DNA of 64,000 nucleotides from Octopus bimaculoides. Taxonomy: Eukaryota. The notes beneath the pieces are model-generated. The model searched no databases. It had not been told where the DNA came from and was given only the letters and a program-made list of their open reading frames with translations. Made by a program: the position numbers and the translations under genes. Shown here in pieces: positions 40,201 to 53,740 of the stretch; position 1 is the stretch's first letter, and the number at the start of each line of letters is the position of its first letter. The stretch is from assembly GCF_001194135.2 (NCBI RefSeq), contig NC_068983.1:119929232-119993231 (forward strand). Direction: 5' to 3'.

Positions 40201-41439
40201 ATGACCACAAAGTTTACTCTAGTATTGGTAAATCGAAATTGTCGGGATTTGAACCCAGAACATAAAAGAATAGAGGAGAATTATATCTGCCGCTCTCTCC
40301 TGAACCTGTCATTCACACTTATCTCAATCCTAATATTGTATTGACTTGGGAGTGGGTGGCTGGTTGACAATTCGTGTTATTATCGGTAAACCTACACAAG
40401 TGTGCCCCCACTCGACTTAGTTTCCTCATAACTTCCAGAAAAATGGATATATTTTAATGAAATTTTCTACAAATACGCTTCAGATGATATAAATTCCGAT
40501 TACAATGGAATCTGTTATGAAAACTATTCCCAAGGGTGGGGAGAGGGGATTCATACGATTCGGCTTTCTTTCCTCATAACTTCCCGACAAATAAGTATTT
40601 TTTAATGAATTTTCTACAACTACTTTTCAGATTTGAATTTGATATGCAAAAAAAATGGTGGGCTCGTACACGACAATATCTATAAAATGAAACATGAAAT
40701 ATCGGAAAAAATTGTGATGTTTGTCAGTATATTTGTATGTGTGCCCAACAATTTTATTTTTCACATTAAATCCCAATATAATGGTAGTCTGCGCCAACTG
40801 AAAAGTATTTATCATTTATCTTCTACTAGTTTCAGTTATTAGACTGCGGCTATGCTGGGGCACAGGCTCGAAGAACTTTTAGTCGAATGAATCGATCCCA
40901 ATACTATTTTTTTTTAAAGCCTGGTGTTTATTCTATCGGTCTCTTTGTCGAACCGCTAGATAACGAGGACGTAAACATACCAACACCGGCTGTCAAGCGA
41001 TGGTATGGGAAAAAAAGACATATATGTTTCCGTCTACCAAATCCACTCACAAGACATTGGTTGGCCCAAGGCTATACTAAAAGACACCTGTCCAAGGTGC
41101 CACATAGTGGGATTGAACCTGGAAGCATGTAGTTGGGAAGCAAACTTCTTACCACACAGCCATTTTGCTTTTTTGGGGGAAGTTATGAGGAAACAAAGTT
41201 GAGTAGGCATGCTGTTAACGTCCACTATTCCATGCATGCATGGATTGGGCAGAGTTTATTGAGAAAGACTTTCTATGGTCAGATGCCTTTCCTGTTGTCA
41301 ACACTTACCCATTTCCAAGCAAGGTAATATTTCCCCATGTCCAGACATGTTCTTGCAGAACATTTGAATATATGCATCTCAGTCCAAGAGTAATGTCCAC
41401 AGAGATTCCTAGTGTCTGGATAGCATTTCATCCCAGCAA

Positions 41440-42400
41440 CTTCAGTTGAGGGATCTTGGTAACTATGTAAGGTATTGAGCTTTGTTTACAAGTCATTGGA
41501 TCCTTGGTTTGGCCCATAAAAGTTCCCAGCATGTGCAGGTTGTGCTTGCTGGGAGACTCATAGCGAAGTCTAACATCATCAAGCTTTGGTTTTCCTAGTT
41601 TCCAGACCAGCAAAGAAATGAAATTTCCCTCAGTTGCAGTGTCCAGTTCCATCGTGAACTGTCGGTCCTGGATTGTAATTAGCACAACTAACCTAGAAGT
41701 ATCGTCGGGAACTTCACCGAGAATTATTTTGACAAGCTCTGCTTTCATGATTCTCTTCACAGACAGTTGGGAACAATGTTCTTGTTGCTGTTGTTACTTC
41801 TTCTTACAAACAGCTTCTAAATGTCTTTTCTTGTCACAAAAGTGGCATTTGATTACTTTGTAGGGGCAATGTGTCCATTTAAAGGCTGTTCCACATCTGT
41901 AACACTTCAACTCAGGGTCTATGGAATTAGAGTGCTGGTGGTTCTTTCATTGACCCTTGTTCTGTCTCTGCTTGACCTTGTTGAAAGGCCTGGTCTTGGA
42001 ACTGTAAACAGTTTCCTTGGCAACCTTCGCCATGTCTTTGGTATCAATCGTGACTTGGACAGCACAGGCAAAGTCTACCTCTGTGTCCTTGATCTTTAAA
42101 AGAGCCTTCAAGACAGTTTCATTGTTGACAGAATATGAATCTCTGTCTAAGAGCTTCATCTTGAGGGTCTGTGATCTAAGGAAAGTCACAGGTTGTAGTG
42201 TCTTGACATATACATGCTGCCCGCTCCTGACGAGTTTCGCCTGGCTTCCATTGCATGTCACTCCAGAGCTTGGAACATCACACAATGGAACATTTTGGGT
42301 CAAATTGTTTTCAGAAAGTTGACAATTTCCTCCATCATCAACTTGTTAATATCCTTGGGTGGGCTCTGTTGAGTAGCCAGATTTTCCAGTTGCTTATAGG
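41440..42400 (-). pseudogene. Ty3/gypsy gag-protease remnant
   Basis: gag-like ALLKIKDTEVDFACAVQVTIDTKDMAKVAKETVY, Cys/His knuckles (CYRCG...HCPYK..KCHFCDKKRHLEAVC) and protease-like FTMELDTATEGNFIS...LLG; no LTRs seen. Confidence 0.75.
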
Positions 42401-43849
42401 GCCAGCCTTGATTCATTCTATGTCACTCTGAATCTCCCTGAGAACTACGTTAAGGGTGCATGTGTCTCTGGAGTACAAAGCCTTGTGAGTGGATTTGGTA
42501 GATGGAAACAGAAAGAATCTTGTATGAGTGTGTGTGTCTGTGTTTTTCCCCACCTGACAACCAGTGTTGGTGTGTGTATATCCCTGTAACTTAGCAGTAC
42601 ATCAAAAGAGACCGATAGAATAATTACCTGGCTTTAAAAAAAAAAAAAAACGATAAGTAATGAGATTGATTTATTTGGCTAAAAAAATTCTTCAAAGCAG
42701 TGCCACAGCATGGTTGAAGTCTAATGACTGAAACAAGTAAAGGAAAAATGTTGAACAAATATTTTTACCAGCAGCGTAACAACAGGTGTCAACCTAGTAT
42801 TTTCTTATACTATCTCATCCAGCAAATAATTCTTTTTAGATATTTCTGAAGATTAGTGCTCCCTGTGTTATAATCCACATATACACTTACGCAATAGCAA
42901 TTTACTTTAACACTTTCTAAAAATGGTCACCTGCATGACAAAAAGCCCAGTTAAACATTTTTAGCCATTATTAAAGGAATATATTACATCTTTTACTTTT
43001 ATAAATATAACAGATTATTACAACTTACTCAACACTAAATTAGTTGATTTTACTGTCATTTATCTTACCAAGCAAGAACAGACAGAAGGCTATATCCTAA
43101 TTACTCATATACTCACACAAGCATAACATAGATAATCATTTTATTTTCAAGATGGCTTTCTAGTTTATTGAAGTACCTCAGATTTTGTTAAAATATTTAC
43201 TTTAAATTTTGATAAAATCCACTCATCTCACTGTTTTATCTCTTTGTTTATTTCTCTGAAGCTTTCCTTAGAAGTTTTTCTTTAATTGTAAATACACCCA
43301 ACATTTTGTATAGCTGACATGCAATACTTGAAACAAATTTTTTCTCTAATTCAATTTATCTATGTGTATCTTCATACATGCATAATTACACACACACACA
43401 CTAGCATGTATTGGTATGTATACAAAATGAGAACATTTCAGATATTGTTTAGGAGGACCTAAAGCACAGCTTTAAATCTTTTGATCAATAGCACATCAAC
43501 AGAATCTTTCGGCTCCTTTGTAATACAAGAAATTTCTGCAAATTGCAAAAATTACACTAGTTGTTATCTTGGGTAAGTATCTTTTACTACAGTCTCAGCT
43601 TCATCAATGCTTTGTGAAGGGAATGTAGTAGACTTTACAGAAGCATGATGATGATGATGATGATATATATATATATATATATACAACTATATATATACAC
43701 ACACATATATACCACATGGGAATGTTGGTACTCATCTCCATACACATATATATATATATATATGTATATACAAGATGCATAAAGTATTTTGAGGACATAC
43801 CTTTTTTTGGTCATTGCTGCAGTTTTTGCTAACTCTATATAATCTTTGT

Positions 43850-44330
43850 TTCAGAAAATAATAACGGCAGACCCTCATCTTACTCCAGAAATAAAGAGGG
43901 GTGCTGTTCTCATGGCTATAAATGCTAAGCAGAGCAATTTAGAAACATCTCAATTTTTGAAAGTCGATACATCTTTCATCTCCAAAGTTTGTAAGGAGCT
44001 AGAGACCAAAGATGGAAAAGTATCAAAGTGTAAAAAGCATTCTAAATGCTCTAAAATCATCAGAACACCTGAATTTATCCAGCAAGTTCAACAGACCATT
44101 GATTACAATCTCAGAAAATCCATGAGGTCAATTGCAAAAGATCTCTATGTGTCAGAAGGAACAATCAGATATGTCTTATGTGATGAGGAAAGGTCAATTT
44201 ATGTCAGAAAAGACAAAAGAATATTGCTACATCAGATGGGAGGTAATTTTAAAACAAGATTTATCATAGCACAATGGGAGGTCTCAGACGAGTTGGTAAC
44301 AAAAAGGTTAAAAAGGTTATAAACAAGCCT
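43850..44330 (+). pseudogene. IS630-Tc1-mariner transposase N-terminal fragment (maT/DD37D-like)
   Basis: EIKRGAVLMAI...IIRTPEFIQQVQQTID.N.RKSMRSIAKDLYVSEGTIR, a double-HTH pattern; the subfamily call is tentative. Confidence 0.65.
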
Positions 44331-44494
44331 TCCTCAGTAACAAGATTGGATTGTGGTTGGTTCATCTCTTATCTAGGACTTAATATGTTTCTGTACTAGG
44401 TAATAATTCAACTACACAAACATATGAAGTTGTTTCTGAAAGATATATCCAGGGTTCTCTATTCTGCTTATATATCTATGTATATATAAATACG

Positions 44495-44872
44495 TGAAGG
44501 CGCAATGGCCCGGTGGTTAGGGAAGCAGACTCGCAGTCATAGGATCGTAGTTTTGATTCCCAGACCAGGCGCTGTGAGTGTTTATTGAGCGAAGACACCT
44601 AAAGCTCCATGAGGCTCCGGCAGGGGATGGTGGCGAACCATGCTGTACTCTTTCACCACAACTTTCTCTCACTCTTACTTCTTGTTTCTGTTGTGCCTGT
44701 AATTCAAAGGGTCGGCCTCGTCACATTGTGTCACGCTGAATATCCCCGAGAACTACATTAAGGGTACACGTGTCTGTGGAGTGCTCAGCCACTTGCACAT
44801 TAATTTCACGAGCAGGTTGTTCCATTGATCGGATCAACTGGAACCCTCGACGTCGTAAGCGACGGAGTGCCA
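44495..44872 (+). mobile_element. tRNA-derived SINE (family D)
   Basis: Head ggcgcaatggcccggtggttaggg...ttgattcccagacc with A/B-box-like blocks; tail gtcacgctgaatatccccgagaactac also seen at ~42420. Confidence 0.75.
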
Positions 44873-45051
44873 NNNNNNNNNNNNNNNNNNNNNNNNNNNN
44901 NNNNNNNNNNNNNNNNNNNNNNNNNNNNNNNNNNNNNNNNNNNNNNNNNNNNNNNNNNNNNNNNNNNNNNNNNNNNNNNNNNACCAGTTGAGCACTGGTG
45001 TTGGACGAAGGCAATTTAATCAAAATTGCTGGCCTTGTGCCAAAATTTGAA

Positions 45052-45125
<74 letters not shown>

Positions 45126-45174
45126 ATGTATATGTATATATATGTGTGTAAGTGTGTCTGTGGGGGTGTACCTA

Positions 45175-45895
45175 TCTATCTGATACTAAAACTCAAAGTT
45201 TGTCTGTTTTCCTGCCCTTTGATTAAGATAATAAAGATTACACATAAAATGGTCATTTACCCCTTAAAGAAAAAAAATCAAATTGAAAATGTCAATTTGC
45301 AGTGGCGACACTTCAAAGAGTTGCTGCAGCTACTGCCATCCGCTCCTTTTTCTTACTTTTTTCTTCCCTTAATCTTTTATACAACTTCCAGAGTGCCTAG
45401 AAATTCTCCTTATATTTTCATGAGATATTTTTTTTTATAAGAATTCATAAGAATATTTTTCCCTGATGGCACGACATTGATGAGCAGTGACATATTGTTG
45501 CTGAAAGAACACTACTGCTTAATGTAGAGCAACAGGTCAGTTGTAATCATGTTGGACATTTGAACATGAATTCCTCATCATTCATTTTCATTGAGGCACC
45601 AGGAGGAACAGAAAAAACTTTCCTCACAAATACCTAGTTAGCTTATGTCAGAGGTAATGGTCAAATAACTCTTGCTGTTCTTTCATCAGGAATTGCAGCT
45701 ATGTTTGATACTGGGCAGATGGACAGACAACTCATTCCAAATTCAAGATACCAATCTCAATTCAAGAAAAATCAGTCTGTGACATTGATAAGAGATACAA
45801 CTTAGCATATGACACCAGAGAATCAAAATTTATCGTTTGGTATGAAATATCAATGATAAGAAGAGAATGCTTTGACAATGTTGACTGAACACTAA
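45175..45895 (+). mobile_element. Helitron remnant with PIF1-like helicase fragment
   Basis: FIFIEAPGGTEKTFL...AYVRGNGQITLAVLSSGIAA...THSKFKIPISI...KFIVWYEISM (Walker A/B region of Helitron helicases); 5' end resembles tctatc...aaagtttgtctgt. Confidence 0.75.
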
Positions 45896-45899
45896 GGGA

Positions 45900-46260
45900 G
45901 ACAAAATCTGATCAAAAAGTATCCGGACTGCTGCTATTGTAATGAAGCTAAAGCACACAGAGTGAAGCCACTTGACACAAATTGGTCTTAAACTCTGCTG
46001 TGTATGTGCACTAAGTTCCTCTGTTTACAGCAGTGCTTGGAAGGAAGGTGTATAATGTGTGATAATCACATTGATCATGACAGAGAAAGCTGTCATGGTG
46101 ATACCTGCTCAGAAGCCTACACAAAATTGCAGGAAGTGTCTGGAGAGGAGTGTAGGAATCGCACACAAGAGTATGAGTAGTTCAGATGTTTCCAAGATGA
46201 CTAAAAAATTGTCGTACCTTTTTTTCTTTATGTATGAATGAGCTACTCTGCGTTGGACAC
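45900..46260 (+). mobile_element. mariner-type 5' end fragment
   Basis: tcaaaaagtatccggact terminal motif followed by a decayed HTH-like coding remnant. Confidence 0.45.
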
Positions 46261-46350
46261 CGGAGTGATATTTCATCATTTTATAGAGTACTTGAGTGTC
46301 GGTTTGGTGTCTAGAATGGGATAGCTTACCACATGGGCAGGTAGAATATT

Positions 46351-47224
46351 AACTCCACTACACTTGCCTCTTATATACATAGTTTAAAGAGGAATAAAAA
46401 AAAGTTATTTTCTTGAATGGTCTGTTATATCACGGGGCCCCTTATTTCAGAGCTAATATTAGCAAAAGTAAGTTGTGTGTAAGGGAATCTCTTGCCATCC
46501 TTAAATCCTAAAACATTAAATAAATTTACAGAGGTGATCCCTTTTTGCAACCTTGGTTGGTAATCTACCTAGAAGAAGGAAGTCTCCAAATTTGGCCTCC
46601 ATTATTGCATCTATTAATAGAAGCAAATTAAATGGGCAACTGCAGTGAAAGTATTCCTCTGTTTGAAATCCTGGCATTGGGCAGGTAAGCTCTAATAAGC
46701 CTAAGGTTAATGCTACTAACCATTTGCTCCCACCAGTCTTATCGACCCCTTGTAATGAGATATGTGAAGGAAAGTATGCGGGAAGCCAGATAAGCAATGT
46801 TAGTATTAGTAATAGGGATAGGGGAGGTTCAGGTAAATCCTGTAACTGAGTCCCCTTGAAGGATTCTGTCTGATTACTAATGCTATATTTAAATGTGTTG
46901 TTAAAGAGGAGGGTAATTTGGATAGGTTTTATATAGGCAGTACTGTCAATTTTGAGGCTAGGTATAGGGCCCACATGAATTTTGTTTTTGAACGAAAAGA
47001 ATTGTAACTCCACTACACTTGCCTCTTATATACATAGTTTAAAGAGGAATAAAAAAAAGTTATTCCCTTGAATGGTCTGTTATATCATGGGCCCCTTATT
47101 TCAGAGCTAATATTAACAAATGTAAGTTGTGTGTAAGGGAATCTCTTGCCATCCTTAAATCCTCTGGGCCTAAAACATTAAATGAATTTAAAGAGGTGAT
47201 CCCTTTTTGTAATCATAATAAATA
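46351..47224 (+). mobile_element. Penelope-like remnant 3 in partial tandem
   Basis: 46351-46547 is repeated at 47006-47208. The unit reads NLASIIASINRSKL...NAIFKCVVKEEGNLDRFYIGSTVNFEARYRAH, then NSTTLASYIHSLK...EWSVISWAPY...KCKLCVRESLAIL...LNEFKEVIPFCNHNK*. Confidence 0.85.
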
Positions 47225-48949
47225 GAATTTATAGAATGCACAAATAAATAGAATTTTAATCAGTTGGATACATTAATATAATTTTTCTCAAATATTTTAA
47301 CAGAGCAAGAAGATGGAAGAAATCCATGTTGTCACTATTGTAGCTAAGTATAGACTACACTTCTAAGAAAGGCATGAAGTTATAGCTTGTAAAGGATTGT
47401 GATTCATTTCTAATTTTTTTGTCTTTTTATCAGCTACTAAATCTAAGACTAGAGGACTGTGTCTGTTTGGAATGAAGGACAAGTGTGAGTTGACAGCTCA
47501 TGGCCAGGTAAGGTCATAAATATTGTCAAAACATTAGGAGTAAATTGCGTATTGAGTAACTGTCTATAAAAAGAGGCTGGGTAAGAGAAGACTCTAAAGC
47601 ATGACAATAATTACCAGTTAAAGGGGCAAGACACTAACAAAATCTATGATATTAATACAGAGGAAATTTATCATGGGCTACTATGGTTGATTGTTTATAA
47701 ACAATATTGTTATGTTGTATAAAAATAAAATTTAAGAATTTCAAAAATGATATCATAACCAAAATAGGTAAAATGTGTGTGCATATCAATTATAAGCATT
47801 AAAAAGGAAAGATTACATAGAATTAGTTTAATATTCCTTCATGTACTTAATTACTTATAAGGTGGTTTCTATAAAGATTGCTCAGGGCATTTACTTGTGG
47901 AATGCTGGAAAGATAAACATGCTATCTATATATTAATTATAAGCCAAGAATCAGAAAAATAAAGATGTGTACAGATACACACACATCTTTATTTATGTGC
48001 ACACATGCACAAATATTTATACGTTTATATGGATATAGTATAACCATCTCGCATAGACTTATGTAATTAAAAACTATCTATTTAAGAACAAGAAAGATAA
48101 CAATTTATAAGGGACAAGAGGTTACTAGGTTATGCACATATATGCATATATACAGATATACAAATACTTATACATTTATATGGATATAGTATAACCATCT
48201 CACATAGACCTAAGTAGCTAAGTTCTCTATTTAAGAACAGTAACAACTTATAAAAGGATAAGAGGTTAACAGGTAAGGATATCAAAGTAAGAAAACAAAA
48301 TGATAAGAATTTATAGAAAATAAGACTTATCTATAACCTACGTTTAAAGAGACAGGGCATTAAAATTTGAGGTAGGGAAGAGATAAAGGTAACCTGAAAA
48401 GAAGAGGTAGTAGATATGGGTGTAGTGAGGGCAGTTAGAGGTATTCAGACCAAAGAGATTTTATAAGTTGCAATGTTACAGGTGTTATNNNNNNNNNNCG
48501 TTTAAAGAGACAGGGCATTAAAATTTGAGGTAGGGAAGAGATAAAGGTAACCTGAAAAGAAGAGGTAGTAGATATGGGTGTAGTGAGGGCAGTTAGAGGT
48601 ATTCAGACCAAAGAGATTTTATAAGTTGCAATGTTACAGGTGTTATTACATATATGGTTTTATAGTTTCTAGTGGGTATATAATTAGGAGACTTACTTAC
48701 ATAAAAGCGATTACAAATATATATATAATATGATCAGTAGGGTAGAACATCAAAGAAAGGAAAAAAATAGTTTAATCACCAAAATTATGATGAAGTCAAA
48801 CTAACTAGGCAGGAGTTTTCATGGGATAGTAATTACATATAGCACACCACATACCATAACATATAGCTTATAGCATATTCAATGCAATTTAATTCACCAT
48901 ACAGTTGGGGCTGGTTCAATAATTTTTAAAAGATGATCGGTATTCCCCC

Positions 48950-49800
48950 ACTTGTCAGCCATGGTGAGGCAGCGAGAGCAGACATGAAGGCTGCTGAGGA
49001 TTACCTCAAAACTTTTGCCGGAATTATAGCAGCCAAAGGATACATCCACCAGCAAGTCTTCAACTGTTAAGAGACAGAACTTTAGTGGAAGAAGATGCCA
49101 AAGTGGACTTATATAACGGTAGAGGAGAAGAGGATGCCAATCCACAAATCCATGAAGGAGAGGTTAACCCTTGAACTGTGTACTAATGTGAGCGAGCAGC
49201 AACTGCAAGTCTAAACCATTGCTCATTATCATTCGGAAAACCTCAGAGCCTTTAAGTCACATAAGATTTTGAAAGAAAAACTGCAGGTTATGTGAAGGGC
49301 AAATCCAAGGGCATAGGTTGCCAGGCAGTTCTTTGTGGGTGAATTTGGTCTTTGGTCCTGATGTTAAGAAATATTTCCTGGAAAATAACCTGCCCCTGCA
49401 AGCCCTTCTCATCCTGGAAAATGCACCTGCTCACCCACCTAACCTCAAAGATGACATCCTCGAAGAGTTCAAGTTTATAAAGGTTCTCTACCTTCCACCT
49501 AACACCACCCTTGTCTTGCATCCCATGGACTAGCAGGAGGTTTCTAATTTCAAGAAGCTCTTCACCAAGCACCTGTTCTTCCACTGCTTTGAGGTGATGG
49601 AGAGCACAAACCTCACTTTTCAAGAGTTCTAGAAGGACCACTATAACATCATGATATGCCTCAGAATTATCAATGTGGCCTGGCAGGGTGTTACAAAGAA
49701 GACCTTGACCTCTACATGGATGAAGTTGTGTCTGAAATGGACTTTGAAAGACTCGAACCTGAAGCAGCAGTACACGGAGATTTTGCAGGAAATAGGTGAC
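48950..49800 (+). pseudogene. Tigger/pogo DDE transposase remnant
   Basis: QQVFNC*ET...WKKMP..TYIT.EEK.MP.HK.MKERLTL...ALLILENAPAHP...LYLPPNTT..L.PMD; many stops. Confidence 0.85.
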
Positions 49801-49859
49801 AAGGGGGAGATGGAGGAGGTTATCTCTACCAGCGCAATAAAGGAAATGTTGGGAGACAA

Positions 49860-50930
49860 CATATTTGAAACTATGAAGGTATTTAAACGTTCTAACAAAA
49901 TGTGGGCAAATGCCTTTCCAACCAAAGACAAAAGTGAAATCCCACGAAAATTACCATACAGAATTCTTTGGACTCAATTTATACAAGGAGACTAAAATGG
50001 CATCAATCCAGTCTTGAGGCACTTTCTCAGTTCTCCAACAGTGACAAATTAATATATTTAAGAGTTCAAACATTTTGTCACCCCCATATTTCAAGACTTC
50101 TGCACAGATTCCATCAGACCCTGGAGACTTATTGTTATTCAGCTTATTCACAGCTAAATAAATGTCATTTAGAGTTGGTTCAAATGCCATCTTTTCTATA
50201 ATTGGAAGGTGTTCAACTTTTTCTATCGTCCTCATGTCAGTGTATGAAGATCTATTAAAAAGTGCAGAAAAATGTTCTACCCAGCGCTTATGAATAGAAG
50301 CGGTGTCAGTCAGAAGCAAACATACATTTGCTGTTCTCACTGGAGCTATTGAAGAAGATTTTGGGCCATATACCTCCTTAACATAAGAGTAAAAACTCTT
50401 GGCATCATTTCTATCAGCTGCTTTTTGTGCCCATTTTGCTCTATCATTCCACCATTCCTGTTTCATTTTCCTTAGAGCAGTTTGCACTTTCCTTTTCAGC
50501 TTTCTGTAAGCTTCGTTTGAGTTGGGGTTCAAGGACTGAGAAAGAAGTGTATTGCCTAAGTTTTGTTTTTCTAAAAGTAGATCATGCATTTCTGTTGATC
50601 TATCTGAGAACCAGTCACTGGACTTACGTAATTTAAATCCCACTGACGAACTGGCAGCCTGAAATTCTGTTTTGAAATCTACCCATAGATTGTTTGGGTC
50701 AAGATTGATGCTTTGTATTTCATTGTGGAATCTTTGCAAGTTGCTTGCTAATTTAAAGTTTGCAACATTTAACTTTTTCGGTACCTTAGGACCAGACTGT
50801 CCATTTTTAGCCATTATCGAAAAATTTATTTTTCCATGCATGAGATGATGGTCCAGCGAAAATCTGCTTTCTATAGATAAGATATCTATGCAATGCTGAC
50901 AATTTCTGAGTTCCAGCTGCATTCAAAACA
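49860..50930 (-). pseudogene. RTE-clade LINE ORF fragment (endonuclease-RT linker and RT start)
   Basis: 323-aa track ORF: RWVEHFSALFN...PTLNDI..A...L.NNKSPGSDGI.AEVLKYGG...VPQDW.DAILVSLYK, continuing by frameshift GNFRGISLLSLVGKAFAHILLERL. Confidence 0.88.
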
Positions 50931-53399
50931 ACCCTATTAATTACAATTACTGTCCATCACATATCCATGTACTATGCAATATTCTTTCCCACTTTCTGGA
51001 TTCACCAAAGGCCTGTTACCAGACTTTGGTGTCTGGGGGTGTTTCAGAATATTCTGGGTGGGCACTAATTTGCAATAATGCTAAAGTGGAGTAAATCTGA
51101 GGGTGCATTATTGAATAATGAGGGGGCAGTGCGTCTAGTGCAACTCCTTAATGATGGGCATGATTTACCAGCACTTCAATTAAGTAGATTTATCTGAGTC
51201 CTGTTAGTCTATACTATCTCTGGGAACCTAAGTTATGAGAAACAGCTAGGTGACTTAAATGATTGAGATTGATTAAATTCCTCCATGTCACAAACCACCA
51301 GACTCTCGGCCCTAAGCACTCCATAATGTTCGCACAAAGCCAAGCATTAGGCATTTTTAAAAATCTGCAAAATATGATTGCAATGACTTGAGAGTATTAC
51401 TGATATTTAGTTTATTGAAAACGTAAAATACAATCTACCTCATAACTACAAAGATATACACAAGGGCTAAATTATATTTAAGCAGCATAAATTCTTTAGT
51501 ATCATCTTTTAAGGTGTTGTTTGTTTTTCTTTTGATAGGACTACAATGTCTATATAATTTCATACACAGGGATGCAAGAACTATTTTTTGTTACAAATCT
51601 GTTTTTTCATATATAAAAATGAAGTACATATGTTTAAAATATAGAAAGAATGATGATCTTTTGGAGAAAGTCGCATATGCATAAGTGTGTGTCAGTGTGT
51701 GTTTGACTCATTCCTGGGACATGACAGACAATGCATGTGTGTGTATTTCACTTTTCAGCTCACTCATGGACCTCAAAGGAAATGTTGGCTTCAAACAACA
51801 TAAGAAATGGAAGTTAAAGAAATAAAAATTTCATACGGAAATTGCCAAACAAAGAGATAAAACAGCTGATTTGATCAATGACACTTGAGTGATTTTCCCA
51901 AAATTTCTTCAGAATTCTGTAATTAACATTTTTTGTCCCTGTAATTGAAATCCTTTTTTTTGTTTTTTCCCCACTTTTGCCACACATTTGTTAATTTTTT
52001 TCACCACCATCCCTTTTTTTATTTATATCCAACAGAAAGAGTAAAAGAATTTAAAATAGTAGTGAAACCATATTTACCCATGCTTATTAATTTCTTTTTG
52101 TAATTTTTTTTCTACACGACATAAAAAACTAAATGAATTAATTAAAAGAAAAACAAGAATTTGTTTTGAACTTAACCTGATTTCACTATTGTTTGTGTTG
52201 ATGGACAACTTGAATGACTTTTTGTCCATTAAGATATTTCAGTTTCCAGACAAGAACTGGGGCTAAACCACTTATGTCACAGCATTAATGACCAATTCAT
52301 GTTTTTTCAGGCACAGGAATATATTATTGAATATGTCCTTTTCTAAAATGGTAGGGGATGACATGGTCCAATGTTTTTCCTTATTTTAATATAGTAGGGT
52401 GGGGCTGCTATTTCTAGCTGGTTGAGCAAATGCGTAAGGACTTCTCCTTTTCCTTTGCTGCAACCACTTGTTACGATCAACAGTGGTTCCCATTATACAT
52501 CTCTTCAATTAATCAAAAGATAACTGAAATTTTCTTTTCAAGACCGAAATAGTAATTTCAACATGAAAGGTGATGAGAAAACGGGGGTGGGGTTAAGAAA
52601 TTTGAAGAACACGGATTTTTTTGAAAAATTTTTGGTTTTAAAGAAAGCTACAAAACTATCAGACGTGTTTCAGCGTATGACATACAAGAGAAAAAAATGA
52701 CAAAAAGAAAATTATTTTAATCGTGAAAAGTACGGGGAGGAGTTATGACATTTTTATCTCTAAAAATGCAGATTACATGTGTCAAAATGTTGAATACTAT
52801 CACATAAAAAATAATGAAAAAGAAAATTGTGATGGCTATTGTAGATGGTAGAATTATGGGGGAAAGGACAGATGTTTAAAAAACATGTATTAAAAGAATT
52901 TTTTTTTAAACAGGCTCCACCCACCACCAATGTTTTGAAATGTTTGATAATAACAAATTTGAAAAAATCCCGAGAAAGCAGAGAAATTTCACCTTACGTT
53001 GGACAGCTATTCCGAAAGTCCGCTGTCAAATAGCCATGACTGAGAGTTGCAGAAATACTATCTAGTGTGGCGCTGCAGTGACAGAAGATGGCTCCACCAA
53101 ATATTTTAATTGCATGTAGTGCCATCTTAGGCATGGGCACACTGGGTAGTTACCTGGAGGCCTCAAGGATCTAGGGGCCCAATTCTGACCTATGTATGCT
53201 GTGGCTTACTGCCAATAAATACTATAGGCCCCAGTGCATATAATGGTCATTTACTTTAGCATGCAGTCTAACCCTAAACCCAACCCAAATCAGGTTATTT
53301 CACAACATAAGATTATGGTTACTACAGTACACCGCTCGAATACATTTTGAACATAGCTTGTAGTTGCCATGACATTAGAATTAGACTCAATTATGGAGA

Positions 53400-53420
53400 G
53401 GAAGTGACGTCAACGGAAGT
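53400..53420 (+). promoter_or_regulatory. Overlapping ETS-CRE promoter motif plus a second ETS site
   Basis: GGAAGTGACGTCA at 53400-53412 and CGGAAGT at 53414-53420, at the start of a CpG-rich, pyrimidine-rich leader. Confidence 0.6.
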
Positions 53421-53740
53421 GAAAACACGAAGATGCTTGTTGATGTCGTAAAAACAGCTTTCACTGCTCTTTTCCTTCCATCCGCTTGACAGTCAGAAGT
53501 CTAAACAGTAGACTATCGAATTACAGCCTCTCGGAAGTTGCTGATGTGGCATGTACGAACACAAGTCAGCCTCTTTTAACCCTCTTTCTACTTCGCATCA
53601 TTCTTAGTTCCACGTTTACCATTTTCACTCGCGCACTTTATCGTGTGGCACCAAACGAAATATATTTTCCCTTCGTTTATTGTTTTTTTATACACAACAA
53701 GCTATCGTAATCTCCGATGTAAGTTCTTTTATCGCTAATC

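Noticed and set aside
44505-44580. tRNA-like sequence
   Set aside because: Continues into a SINE body and lacks an intact cloverleaf; it is a SINE head, not a tRNA gene.
46516-47013. 165-aa minus-strand ORF that looks like a membrane protein
   Set aside because: Antisense shadow of the plus-strand Penelope GIY-YIG region.
48341-48646. 148-bp duplication (48341-48488 and 48499-48646), apparently identical
   Set aside because: The copies directly flank a 10-N gap, so this is most likely unmerged contig overlap rather than biology.
53265-53290. Telomere-like ctaaccctaaacccaaccc
   Set aside because: Only one to two degenerate units; too short to be an interstitial telomere.
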